A stretch of 62,079 bases of DNA, counting the filler, from Bipalium vagum (taxonomy: Eukaryota), in the NCBI GenBank assembly GCA_037834085.1. It is 3 parts of 3 records of this genome, joined end to end, with 100 filler letters (N's around TTAATTAATTAA, not from the genome) between each part and the next. Parts side by side here need not be neighbours in the genome. Positions count along the whole stretch, not along the records: positions 15,908 to 44,120 come from JBBMKC010063277.1; positions 44,221 to 62,079 come from JBBMKC010048250.1; 1 more part is not named here. The stretch is one strand, 5' to 3'. A program made the translations under genes and the position numbers. Shown here piece after piece: positions 41,828 through 55,800 of the stretch. Position 1 is the first letter of the stretch, and the number at the start of each line of letters is the position of its first letter. Under the pieces are notes generated by a model. The model had not been told where the DNA came from, made no database searches, and saw only the letters and a list, made by a program, of their open reading frames with translations.

Positions 41828-43689
41828 TTAAAATTTTCTTTTTCTTTGTTTTATTGCTGAAATTGCCCTTTGAAACTTGAGAGGAAATTTTTTTCTTAAT
41901 TTGATTTTAGAAATATCTTTGTGAACAATAATTTATTATTACTATTATTGTACGAAGTTCATTATTTGGTGCTAACATATCCATATGATTGTCTTCTGTG
42001 CGGACTGGTCTTATTGAAATACTTGAAAATATGTAAATAGTGTCTCTTCGTCAGCAATTTATTAAATATTTTTGGTGAATCTACTTTCAATGGATAACAA
42101 TTAAAAAAATTCGTGATCTTCTGGTATTTAACTTTATTGATTAACTAAAAAATTAATGTTATCTTTCATTATTAGAAATAAATTTATATTCAGGGTGTTT
42201 GGTAAATATGTATATGCGTCTAAAACAAAATAATTAACAATATATACGTTTATGAAATACCCTTTATATACAATAATGTAATACAGGTGCAAGTAAACTT
42301 GTAAGCCACAAAAAATTTTAAAATTACCAGTACTGGTATTATTGAAAAGACCCATAATAACTGCAACTTTCAATAATACGAGAAAAATTTTTAAAGGAAA
42401 AAACCTAAAGAAATTGCACTCAGTTTATGGTAATGTCGAGACTCCCAAGTTTTGATCCGTCAAAATACAATCCAAACCTTTCTATATTCTTTGTTATCAT
42501 TTTGTACATGAAAAATATGTATTTTTATTTATTTTTTTAATTTTAAGTTAGTAAAATCAATCTATCCCTCTTTGTTATATTAAAATAATTATCAAATAAA
42601 AATCAATACTTAAAATATAAAAATTATTAATAATAATAATAATTAAAATTGATAATTAATAAAAAAATATTCATTTTTGATGAATAAGTAGGCAAAAATT
42701 AATTAGTATCATAAAGTTATTAATTATAATTATTTTATAGAAAATTTAATATAAGGTTACCAAAAATAAAATTATAGTAAATAATTTTTAGGTAAAATCT
42801 TAAAATAATTACAGTAAGTTATTAACTTCAGAAAATGTTAAAAATAATAAATACTGGATGATTTCAGTATCAAAAAACGCAAAAATCACTCAAAACAAGA
42901 CTAACAGTAGACGCTTGAAGAAATCACAATGGCCCTAAAATTAACAAAACAAAACAGTTATCAAAAGCGGAATTCGAAAGGAATCAGATAGTCTACAGTC
43001 GAAGACAATTACAGAAAATCTAAAATAGTAAAAATATTTTATTCATAACCTTTTTTCATTAAATTTGATTACAAATCTATAATAAACAATTATTAAATAT
43101 TTTAATAAATTTAATTTACACAGTTGGATTTACGACTGCCTGCAGCTTTAAATAATCAATTAATAATTACTGTTTACGAATTATAAGCTGTTAATACATT
43201 AAAAATTAAATAAGTATTAATACTCAGTGAGCGTACCGCAGATATTAGAATCAAATAATTCAGTTTTTTCTTTTATTTTCCAGTATCTTCTTTTTTGTGT
43301 TCTTAACGTCAAGTAAGACAAGAACCGCATTTTAACTGAGGCCCCTTGATATTAATTACTGATAGGTGTTCTATTATATCTTTAAGTCAACTTATTCACC
43401 CCCATCTTATATTCAAATTGTAATTACTACTCATACTGTTAGATTTATTTAAAATACATATTATGAAAGCAGTCATTATTTCAGTCATTCGATTTAGTGT
43501 GTGATTTATTTTTATTTTCGATTTAATCCGATTTAGTGTTTAACAATCGGTTTAGTATTTATTTTAATTTGTATATCACAATTGTTACTTTAAAATAATA
43601 AAATTACATTTAAACCTTACTTTTCCTTTAATAATTCCTTTTGATACAGACAGTTTATGTAAAGTTGCATTCACACTTGCACCTATTAT

Positions 43690-43915
43690 TTTTGAAACTT
43701 ATCACTAACAAATCAATTTTTATTTTTAAACCAGTTAGAATTTGTGACTGAGTTTTGAACATATCTCATAGTGCTTCATTTTGTTTTTTATGGTTAGCTC
43801 AAGTGGCACCCACATGTCAAGCTTCTTTGTCTTACCTATTTGCTTCCTATGACTGGAAACGGTTCCAATACTGACATTTAAACTTTTGGCAAGTTTTCTT
43901 TATGTTGGGATCCAT
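43690..43915 (-). mobile_element. Mariner fragment
   Basis: LAKSLNVSIGTVSSHRKQIGKTKKLDMWVPLELT on the minus strand. Confidence 0.75.
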
Positions 43916-44120
43916 AGAAAAAGAGGTCCCAGCACCAACCAACAACAATTCTAAAGCAAAAGACCAAGAGCTTATGGAGGCTGATTCTCCAAAGCTCATT
44001 ATCGACAATTGTTAAACATTTAATCACATTTGATTTTATTTTTATTGTGCATGAAAAAGCCTTGTTAGGCTTACTGTCTTTTATAATAATGACCATGTTA
44101 TGTTATTTTATATTTTATAT

Positions 44121-44220
44121 NNNNNNNNNNNNNNNNNNNNNNNNNNNNNNNNNNNNNNNNNNNNTTAATTAATTAANNNNNNNNNNNNNNNNNNNNNNNN
44201 NNNNNNNNNNNNNNNNNNNN
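44121..44220. other. Assembly gap with artificial spacer
   Basis: 44 N + TTAATTAATTAA + 44 N. Confidence 0.97.

Positions 44221-44286
<66 letters not shown>
44221..44286. repeat. (AAT)n microsatellite
   Basis: Direct reading, abutting the gap. Confidence 0.95.
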
Positions 44287-44287
<1 letters not shown>

Positions 44288-44999
44288 TAATAATATTAAT
44301 ATTAATAATTTTTAATATTTTGAAAAATATTAAGTAAAATATGTGCTCGATCTTACTCCAAAGATTTACTGGGTTGATACACCAAATGGAATAATAAAAA
44401 TATCAGTTGAATGTTCCATTTCATATATAAACACAACAAATTTCAGTAACAAGATTATGGAAAATCAAAATACCAAATATTATATTCGAGTTGGTACTAA
44501 GACAAATATTTAAAATTCCGAATATCAAGATAGTGCAACAAATACCTCGTTCTACCTGCTAAACATTCCATTTTTCAAAATTCAATAATGAATGAAAACT
44601 AATGTGATGAAAATGGAACTCAGAGATTAAATCAATTTTATTCAAGTAAATGAAGTGATCCATAATACAAAGTGAAATAATCAGTGACTTGTTGGAATCA
44701 GTTATTTATTTAACCCCCAATTGCAAAAGATTTATTAAAGTCGAGTTGTTAAACCGTTATATCAATACCGGAACCAAATTCAAAATAGTTAAAATAAAAA
44801 TCGATCGTAGAGGTCCTGATATTTTTCTATATATTTGTGTATAACCCTGCAAACAAATTCTAAATATTTAGTAAACCAATATGAAATGTCACAAAATTTT
44901 ATATACTGATAAAAATTTTAAACCATAACATTTAAAAAATTTTTAAATATAAATAATTGTTTAACTACTCAGAGTTATAAATGATAATATAAATGAATA

Positions 45000-46873
45000 C
45001 AGTCGACCCTCTATTTAACGACGCTTGAGCACGGTCCCGACGAAAAAGGTAAATGAAAACCTTAAATTTAACCTTTATTTAACGACACTCAATTTGTTTT
45101 AATTTTTTAAAATCATTATGCAAACATTTCAAATTATGATTTATGTATTATTTATTGATTTATAATTATTTATTAATAATTATAGATATTTAGTTCATTT
45201 ATATTTGTAGAAATAGAGTTCCGTGTAATGGAGCCAAAACATTTAAAGAGACGCATCTTGACATTGTATGAAAAAAATAGATTATCGAAGCTGCGTCTAA
45301 GAATTCTAGCCATACAGAATTGACCAAACGTTTTGGAGCTCCTAGAACCACCATTCTTGGGATTCTAAATTCCAAGACGTCGATCGAAAATGCCACTATA
45401 ATAGATGCTAATGAACTAAAACGAAAAAGAATATTTCAAAGTCGATCAGGCGATTTTAATGTGGTTTAAACAATCTAAAAACCATAACATTCCAGTCACT
45501 GGCCGTCTTTTACAGGAAAAAGCCAGAACTCTTGAAACAGCTTTAAAGATAAACGACCTCCAGGCAAGCAACGGATGGCTTCAAAAGTTTTTGCAATGTC
45601 ATTCCATCGTCTTCAAGTCGTATCAAGGAGATGCTGGTTCAATTAATACAATTGATCTCAATAATAGGCAGCAAGATGTGCTCCAAGAAAATATTGGGAA
45701 ATATCATCGAAATGATGTATTCAACGTGGACGAAACTGGTTTTTTCTGGAAACTGTTGCCGAAAAAGACTCTGTCTTTCAGAGGAGAACGATGTCCGACA
45801 GGCAAAATGAGTAAAGAGAGAATAACAGTTTTGGTTGATGCTAATATGACTGGAAATGAAAGTTGCCTTTGTTCATTATTGGCAAATCAGAAAATCCAAG
45901 ATGCTTTAAGAATGCAAAGATTCCACTTAAATATGTTGCCAACAGTAAAGCATGGATGACTGCCAGTCTTTTTGAAAAATGACTCAAAGAGTGGGATACA
46001 AAACTTAAAATAGGCAATAGAAAAATTTTGCTTTATATTGAAAACTGTTCTGCACATCCACCAAATGTACATTTGGATAACATCAATTTTATAGTTTTTT
46101 TACCGAATATCTGGCCCATGGATCCAGATCATCAAAAATCTGAAAACCCATTATAAACTTTTGATGTTGCGCCAAAAAGTCAATTCAATGGACAGTGAAA
46201 ATCCATCGACAATTAATATTCTTGATGCTTTACACTTTATTCGCCGTGCATGGGAAGCGGTAACATCAAATACTATAAAGAATTGTTTTCATAAAGCAAA
46301 ATTTATGAATTGCCAAGATTTATCAGATGAAACAAATACAAATGATGAAGTTTTGGTGCTTTTTCAAAATTTAAAAGAATTGGAAACAATGTCTACCAAG
46401 ATTACTTTGGACATGTATATTGCAGCCGATCAATATTTGGTTACAGATGATATCATGACCATAAAGGAAATCGTGGCATTGGCGAATGATGAAAAAAATA
46501 AAAATGAAAGTGGTGATTTAGATAAATCAGAATTAACTCCTGTTTTAGCTAACGCAGAATTTAACGCTGTGGAAATTGTGCGAGGTTATATGCAAGAAAA
46601 TGTTGATGATCCAGTGATAATTAATGCTTGTGACAAGCTTCATGATATTATTTCTAAAAATCGATTAACAAAAATGAAACAAACAACTTTTTTTGATTTT
46701 AATAAAAATTAATTATAATAGACTGTTTTGTATATTCTTTGTGTTATATTTTATAAGTAAAATCTCTCGATTTTTATCATTTACGTAATTAGGAAAAAAT
46801 TTTTTTAAAAATCCTCTATTGAACGACACCTTCCTTCGGTTCCTTTGGGTGTCGTTAAATAGAGGTTCGATTG
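45000..46873 (+). mobile_element. Full-length but inactivated pogo/Tigger DNA transposon
   Basis: 23-bp TIRs (cagtcgaccctctatttaacgac and caatcgaacctctatttaacgac, 2 mismatches) flanked by TA. Subterminal copies near 45070 and 46811. CENP-B HTH (ASNGWLQKF) and DDE_1 domain (FNVDETGFFWK, KERITVL); frameshifts and stops. Confidence 0.95.
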
Positions 46874-46889
46874 TATTTTAAAAATTAAT

Positions 46890-48060
46890 TTATAAAATAA
46901 TTTTTTTCAGTCTAATTTCTCAAATAACATCGTTCCAACTCTTTTTAAGTTGATTAAATTTTTATTTCATTATCATAATTAAAATCCTCAAATGCTTTAT
47001 TATAAAATTCAGTAATATTATCAACCCAAAGTTTTCTTAGGTTTTCTTTGGTAGTTAAATAAAATGGTAGTTATAGATTTTCCGATTTTATTTTTTAAAG
47101 GAAAATCAAAATCATATCTTGGGTACAAATCAGTAACTGTTAATATTATTTTAAAATCTTTCTCTTTTAGTACAAAGGTTAAATATATATTAAAATATCA
47201 CCTTTATTAAACACTTTAACTTTAAGATACTGTATTGGTATTCTAAATTCTTAATGAAGTTCATTTGCTAACTGTTTTCTTTTACCTGATTTTAATTCCT
47301 GTGATTTTTCAAATAGTTTTTCATCAACAATATTTTTTGTAAACCTTTTAAATCCTAGACTTGAGACACCAAGAAGATTTAATTCTCCTTAGCCGAATGC
47401 GATCTTGCTCCTTATGAATAATTTTCTAAAGCTTTTAAAGTTTTTCTCTTTGGGTTGGATTTTAAATATTATTCATTTCATGTATCATTTAAACATCAGC
47501 AGTATGACCATTTTGTAATTTTTTTGAAAGATATTTTACATCATGTTTCATTCTTGTTCAATCTATTTTGTTCATTGGAATGAAATTTGGTTTAGGAATT
47601 GGAGGAATGTAGCTTAGGGTTCCTGAGTTATCCGGATTTATTTCTCCTGTTTCATTATAATTATTTATTATTTTATTATAGTTTTCTATACATTTATTAA
47701 TATGCTTCCCAGGTCCGGTAAATTGGTGCATAGAATTTTTTTTATTAAAAGGGTTTAAGGATTTTAAATTTAATTCTCCTGGATATATCTCTGTTAAAAA
47801 TGTATGTAAAAATTATTATTTGAAATTGGTTATTGTAAATCACCAATTGCTTTTTGAAAATACTTGGATATTTTTCTTGATTTTCTTGAATATTTAAAAC
47901 TTCTTTATTACTCTTATCTTGTACTTTTTTTAATCGTCATTTTTTTCATTTTTTTCTCATTGGTTTTTGTTTATCTTTCACATGTTTAGTGTTTTTCTAG
48001 ATGATTTTTATTTTTTTAGAGATATATTTAAAAAAAAATTCACAATATCATTTTTCATTA
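46890..48060 (-). mobile_element. Polinton/Maverick (adintovirus-like) relic: PLA2X followed by retroviral-type c-integrase
   Basis: Minus-strand fragments: YPGELNL...HQFTGPG, IPMNKID*TRMKHDVKY...HTADV*MI...NPTQRE, then QLANELH, LTVTDLYPRYDFDFPLKNKIGKS and LWVDNITEFYNK. Confidence 0.8.
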
Positions 48061-48399
48061 TTTTTATAGAAAAAATAAATTGATTAATGAACATAAATGA
48101 TCTAAACATGATAAGGAGAAGATGAAATATATTTTTAAATTCTTGAGTCGTTGGGCATGTTTCTTCCTTTCCTATTCACTTCCACCGATCCTTTAAACTA
48201 TGATATGTTATGTCTATCTATCTGTGAAATAAATTATCGACAGATGACAATGATCAAAACACTAGTTAAGGAACGTTAACGTAATATTTATATACTTATT
48301 TATATTATTCCATTATTTATGAGTAGTTATATTTATCATGAGACAATTGAGTTAGAGAAATAGTAAAACGTTCTTGTTATTAGTTTTTATTTTTTGTCA

Positions 48400-49450
48400 A
48401 CTAGGATTTAATTATTGTGGGATAACCTCATTACTTTGATGGTGACGAAGGACTACCATTTATTAAAATCTTATTTTTAGAGACTACTGAACTATCAATG
48501 AATATGAAACATATGAGAGATGAAAGGTCACTCAAGGATCTGTGATTTAAAATATAAGGGCCATTGAAAAAAGCTAATCTGATACGAGGCTTGGTAAGAT
48601 CAAACACAATGCTTTATTTGAAAATCAAAGACAAATTTCAGCTCAAGAAATTTTAGGCAAACAGGGAAGGAGCCCAGTCTAAAACCATAAATCGAAAATT
48701 GGGGCCGGATCCTTTGAAAAAAATATTTCAGAGTTAGGAAAAATGTAAAATGGAATATAAAAAAAGGAATTCTGTTAAATTTTTAGACCATATAGAAATG
48801 GTGAAAATAGAAATTAAAACCCAGAAATTAGAAGTTTTTATCTTTTCACATCAAATGTGTAGAAAGTCTCCCAAACCTGAGCAAAGCGAATCAACATGAG
48901 AGCATTTCAACTATGGCTAGAGAGATTGAAGTTAGACGCCACAAGTCCACAAGCAGGATAATTATATCAAATGTTTTTGGTTGAGGACTAAATAGTTTTA
49001 TAAGGGCAAAGTTAGTGAGTTAATTGAATCACACATAACAATTGGACTACAGGCTACTATCAAATTTGTTAACAAAAGCACTCAAGATCCATGGTAATTT
49101 CAACTGATTAGAGCAATGGATTCTCCATGTTTCCGGCCAAAACCGATCTTGGCAGATATATATCGTAATCTTGGTACTTTATGTTGTTAAGATTTTCAGA
49201 TATTCATCAAATGCATTGTCGGTAAAAACATGTTTAAGATGGAGTGAACTCAAAGGAAAAGTCACTCTTATTCTCATTAAATGGAGTCTATATACTAATG
49301 CTTACTGTACCATGTTATCAAACGTTGTATCAAACATGAAAGATTGAGGTGTGCTAGATAAAAAGTTAATTTTTGAAGATGATCATGCAAACAGATCCAA
49401 ACGTTGAAAAGAATCACTTATCAAACAGACTTCAATAATCTATTTTATGC
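48400..49450 (+). mobile_element. Highly degraded non-LTR retrotransposon RT fragment
   Basis: KSPKPE, DPW*FQLI...ILAD and DxSNA remnants occur in the order expected for LINE RT motifs. Confidence 0.35.
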
Positions 49451-49559
49451 TTCACAAAAAATGAAAGATTTTTGGTTTATTGAAAGAATTTAGAGAAAGC
49501 TCACTAATACTGTTTATAAACATCCTATGCTAACCACAGCTCATGGGTTTTGTGGCCAA

Positions 49560-50230
49560 ATTATAACTGAGTAGAGATTAAACACTTACTTCATCAACAA
49601 AATGATTCATGAAGTTCCTCCTCGACTGTCAACTCTTGTTAATCTCAAAGGCAACCAAATTCAGCCATGGTGGAAGGTCAGTTACCGCCCAAAAAACATG
49701 ACAGTTGGGGAAATTTAGTCTGCATAATTCGAGGACAATATGCAAGACACTGGTCTTTCTGCGTTTGATCCTGGTAAATGCTTTCTGATCAGAAAAGAAC
49801 CAGATTTTTTGTGCTTCAGGTGGATGTTTTAATTTGCTCAGAAGTTTCTTCACATTTGTCAAACGATTTTCCTGAACATTTTGAGTAAAACAATAACCTC
49901 TGCGATTTTTGTACAAATATTAACAAATGTCTTCACTGAGTGCAAACTTCATGGTAGATTCTGAAACATTAAATTCACTCTACAAAGCATGAGTTCCAAT
50001 ACCAGAGTCCTCCAACATTTTCGTCTAATAAATTGCCATGAGATCAGCATACTGAGAGCAATCAGATCGTTTGGTATGCTGACTTCTTGCCACAGCTTTG
50101 TGGTCTTCACTGTACTTCTTCAGCTCATGCCGAATAGCTTTCACAGTGTTCAGGGAGCTTATTTTGATTGATGGCTCGAATCATCATGATACAAGCTATT
50201 TTCTTCCATAATTCAGGTGGGTTCTAGTCA
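49560..50230 (-). mobile_element. Degenerate Tc1/mariner element, DD37D (maT)-like
   Basis: RLTNVKKLLSKLKHP...IWFFSDQKAF resembles the WFFSDEKNF motif. Confidence 0.6.
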
Positions 50231-52811
50231 TCCATTGTTATTGTTACCTAAATCAAATTGTTCGCTGGTGAAATATAGTCTTCGAAATCAAAACTGCATT
50301 GTATCTACATTGTCGTTTTCTACACTCTTGATATTGTTTGTCTCTTTAAAGAAATCTAAAATCTTAAGATATAAATATTCATATTTCTCTTCAATTTTTA
50401 ACAAATCTAGTAATTTTTAAAAAGATTTAATTCTTATCAAATTATCATGATTTACTATTTTATGTTTCGTTCTTATTTCTAGAAATACGTACAAACATCG
50501 AAATTTCGATAAGTTCTTTAATGATTTCCGCTGTTAATACATATTTATGAAACAAGTATTTTTCTATTTTTGATTTAGTTATTTTTATATCTGAAAATTT
50601 TGATTTACCTACAGCTTTCTCTTAGTTTGTATCATGTTTTATGAATAAAAAACAAAAAACAATATAACAGTAGCGGTGCTAATTTTTCCGGATGAACAGC
50701 ATATTAAATTTCTTACTGATAATTTGATAATAAACTTTATGTTCAATTTTTTGATAACTTCGGTTTTCTGCATTTTACTTAGCGACTTTCTTTTCCGGTT
50801 CATTGAACAATTACTTTAATTTGAAAAATTACCAAACATAAATTTAAGCTTTCCAAAATTACTTAAAATACCAATTTTAAAATTGTTATTAAAATTAATA
50901 TTATTTAAACAAAATCTTCAATCATTGTGAAATCCAGTATAAAAGAATATTTTTTATTTATTTTAGTAAAGAGGTCGGACTCAGAAAGTATCAACTGTAA
51001 TCGACTTCATTGTAAGGTGAATCGAATGTATTAACATATGAGACAGTTCAGTTAAAAATAGTTTAAAAATGCTATGTAAGTACGAGGTAACAATTTTTCA
51101 ACTAATCAAGCCTATCTCGTAAGACGCTGTGACATACTTCGATATTGACATCTCTAAACATTTTCCTGAAAAAATTATTTAATGCAATTTGATAAAATAT
51201 ATTTGATAATTTTATTTGTTCACTTGATTTTTTAGTGATACTTTCGAACTTTGATGGTACCGGTCTCAATGAGACAGTTGTATTTATGGATGTTGCTAGA
51301 ATTAATACTAGAAGTAGTCCATGTTTATATCACGTAGATGACCATATATCAAGTCTTCAACTATTTATTTTCGAAACAAACTGACTGAAAAATTAATAAG
51401 AAAAAATAAAAAATTTTTTAAAAAATCAATCGTTGTGGACGTTGATTTTTATTCGAATAGTACTATGAACATACGAATAAATTAAAGCTATGGAAAAATA
51501 TACATAAACATATTACTTTTAATTATTACTCAACCAATATTTTTAATAATTGGCATTTATAAAAGAAACTTGTTGGAATAATAAATAATTAAAAGTTGAA
51601 ATAATAAGGTAAATTTGTCACCAACATCTATCCTTAAAATTTATGCATAAGTAGAAATTTATTTTATAAAAATGTTAAAATTATATATTAAACTGATTTA
51701 ATTATATATTAATTTAATTTAACTTGAAATAATTAATTCGATCATTTTCTAATTCATCACAGACAATTTTTAAGTCTCGGAAAAATAAAAATGGAATAAA
51801 ATCTCAAAGAGAATAACTTCTAATTATATCAAATCACATAATTTAATACAAATAACTTATTAATGATATTTTTTAATTTAATTTAATTAAATCTGACTTA
51901 ATTAATTTGAACTAAACCTATTTCATAGCACATTATTATTTTCGATCCACACAAAACGAACAGCAGATAACATCTCAAAGACAATTATTTGTAATTATAT
52001 TACGAAAGTTGATATTTTAATAATTAATTTAAACAAGAAATACCAAAAAATCTTAATTATATAATACATCACAATCACGTTTTTATTCCAGAACAGTCAA
52101 CAGATATGATCATTGAATTTCTTGTGTAAAATGATAAAAAAAGTGATCTGCGGATCTGAAATTGTCGAAATAATTGGCAAAATTATGTAACGTTTATGAT
52201 TTTATTACTAAAAATCCACCAATGTTAAACATGTAATTCCAGCCACATCAGCACATGTACTGCAGCAAAAGAAGGCCATTTGTGAAAACTAAATGAAAGG
52301 TAGTTCGAGGCAATGGATTTCATTAATCGTCATATTAAATTTATTTCAAAGCAGTCAATATTTTCAGCTGAATAATACGATTTTGTAGAGGAAATCAATG
52401 AAAATTTCTTTCAGTATTTTTGGTTCACAGAAATCTGTAAATAACCATGCCGGGATAAGTACATCATCACAGCGAACACTCGCTTCGAACAAATCAAAAC
52501 ATAAAATTTATTGAATTATACTGCAATGGTTTATACAAGTCAACGACATTTCAGCGAGAAATTCGCGTTTGTGTTTTGCTTGATGCGGTACAAATTGATC
52601 GGTAATGATTATATCTAATCAAGGAAATATCAGAACTGTCATCCTGATTCAAATATCGCCTCTATTTTTTCGACCGACTGAATAAATTTATTCTTTCAGT
52701 GTTTCGAACTGATCCACAATATTATTTCTTTCTTTGACATTGAGAAATATTTTTTGAAGTATTTTGATAATATCATCTTTTGATTATCATTTTAATTACC
52801 ATGTAGCTATA

Positions 52812-55800
52812 ATGGCCGATGATGACAGAAGACGAGAAAGAGAGCAACGTCGACGAGCCCGAATGGAAAAAATGTTTGTTGAATTTCTTTGGACAATTTA
52901 TTATTTATTGTTTTAATAGGCAAGAAGGTGATGAAACAGACAGAAGTGTAAGTATTTGGAAGAGCGCTTTGCATGATTTTTTCTACTAATTGTATATATA
53001 TATATATATATATATATTAACTAAAAAACCCTCAATATTGTTATGAAAATGCTTGTTACCGTTATTTAAGGAACCCGTTGAAACATCTAGACGACGGAGA
53101 AATCGTGATAATGAGGAAGTGAAAGAAATTGATAACCAAGAGGTATAAAGCATACTTGGTACCCCTATTAACAGTTGTTTGATCCTATGATTTAATCCCA
53201 GTTTCAGTATTAAATTTTATTATATTCATAGGAAAGTAAGCCTGAAGTTGTGGTAGACGATTCACAAAATAGTATGGTAAGTAAATGTGTTTATTGTTCA
53301 TGTAATGATAAACTTTTAGGATTATGACAGAGAAGCACAGATGCAGGCAGAGCAAAGAGTATTTTTATAAAAATTTTTTTATATTTTTAAAAAAATGTTC
53401 TATAGCGCAGAGAAGAATCAGCTGAAGATGAGAAAAGAAGACGCGAAGAAGAACGTAGGAAAGAAGAGGTATAATAATATTTATTTGATTAAATGAATTT
53501 ATTAACAATTCAGATTGCCGCTGAGCGACAAAGAAAGCAAGAAGTAATCATTATGATAACTCTGGTACATATTTAATTTTTCAACAGGAAAAAGTGAGGC
53601 AAGAAAAAAAGGAACAAGAAGAAGCTGCTAAAAAGAAACGCCCTGGTTCAAAAAAGAAGGGTCTAGGAGGTTTATCTCCAGAAAAAAAGAAACTACTGAA
53701 AGTAAAAGAAAATACTTTAAGAAAGCTTTTATTAAATTTTCATATTCAGCAATTAATCATGCAAAAGGCAGCTGAAGAAATGAAAGCTGAAGCAAGACGA
53801 AGACAAGAGGAAAAGGAAAGTAGACTAAAAACCTTGGTCGGTCCATTGAATATTGAAAACATTGACGAGAGTCAGCATTTCTTATCATAAAAATATTAAA
53901 TGTTAACGACTTCATTTTAATATTTTAGACGGCTGTAGGGCGCTTTGCAAAAAATTGCACGAAAATATTAGTAGATTGGAAGGAGAAAAGTATGATTGGG
54001 AAGTGAAGATTAGAAATCAAGAATTTGATGTTTGTTAACTTTTTTGATAAAGCAATATAAACAGTTAATCTTTCTAGATAAATGAGCTCACAGTGAAGGT
54101 GAATGATATCAAAGGAAAATTGTAATTTATTCATTTATTTATTTTTTTCAATTTCATTTCGAACGATTCTGTGATTGATGACTTTGTTTACATAAAATAA
54201 AAAAAATGTCATTTTAGGATAAATATTCATTATTTTTTTTATAAATTCAACTACCAGACCATGTTTGATGTTATCCTACATTCCAGGACAATTCAAACGG
54301 AGGATTTTTTTTGTACATTTATACATCTTACACTATTTCTTTCTTCGATATAAAATAAATAAAATATATTTGATATAAAATAAATAAAATATATTTAAAA
54401 TTGTCTTGTAAAGTAAGTTTATTTCCAAGTCCCTTACTCCAGCAACGATTCTCCTTTCTATTATTAAATTTTAAAAGCTGTTTTCAACCAATAAAAAAGC
54501 TAAGAATCTTAACAAAAAATAATAAAAATAAATATTAATAATAATATTAACACTTTTTTAACGACCACCAGCATAGACTATCAGGAAAAAATATGACAAT
54601 ATTTGATATTTACTAAATTGATTGTCACTGAATGAAAATTGGGAAAGAATTTTATAACAGTTTCCCTGTTTTTCTTGATAACATCTCAGTGTCAATTTGT
54701 AATAGAAATCATTTGGAGCTGATCTATTAGCAGACCATGTCACAAAAACTGATGGGTTTACTTTGTCATATTAGCAGAAAAAATCGAAAATGTTAAAGAA
54801 TATTTGCAATTTCTTGTGAGAAAAATTTCGCATCACGTAGGAGAAGATGAAAGATAAAATCGGCAGATGTTTTCAACGCATTTCCAATGTCACAGAGAGC
54901 TATGGAACATGGAGTAAAAGAGGTGTTAACAGAAAAGTGCACCGAACACACCAAACCAAGGCAGCAGAATCAGAAGTCATTCTGCTAATTAATTCAGTGC
55001 TTTATAAAATTCCATTTTGTGGATCTACATTTTAATTGATTCTTAATTAATCAACAAATATTAGAAATAGGAATTTTCATGTACGGTTTTCCAGAATAGT
55101 ATGGAGAATTTGCCTTTCCCACGTTGAAAAGAGATTTGACGAAATAATTTTGTCTAGTTAAGCCATTTTAAGTCGATAAACATATCAATGTTCAAACTAT
55201 TTTATATATTTTTATAATATATTAATATTATATTTAATATTTTTAATAGATTTTCCCAATTTTCTATTTGTTTTTAAATCTGTGGGATTTGATTCCTTGA
55301 ATGATAAATTAATGAAATAATAATAAAATGCAATATTTTTTTTGTTGTCACTAGTAATAGGAAATGACAAAAATAAATAAAGGTTATTTAAATAAATAAA
55401 ATTTTAATTAACTTATTGGGACTAAAAGGAAAATAATATTATTTCTTCAGTTATCGTGATAATCGAAGTATATACTTTGTGAAATTATTGAAATTGTTTT
55501 CTGTCAAATTTATAAATGATTTTGTTCATTTCTCTTCAGATTTTACCAAAATATAGACAATTTTTAAGACAAAAGCTCAAAATTTTTGTTTCATAATTTT
55601 TTGTAAAGAATTGATTTAATTTCATTTAAGATGAGAACTTGATTCTGAATATATTTATTTTTTTTAATCTTTTATTTTTTATTATTTTATCTTTAATTTT
55701 TTCATCATTTAATACCGATTTTTTAATACTTGCCGCTTACATTTTCATTTATTCAGTGTGAAGCCTGTATTAAAGAAGGTTAACAAAACAGAAAGCAAAC

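Noticed and set aside
44340-44720. Continuation of the Maverick on the left of the Tigger
   Set aside because: No integrase or capsid motif recognisable on either strand.
53925-53945. Apparent in-frame TAG in troponin I
   Set aside because: The intron is phase 1, so the frame reads N-G-C-R-A-L-C with no stop.
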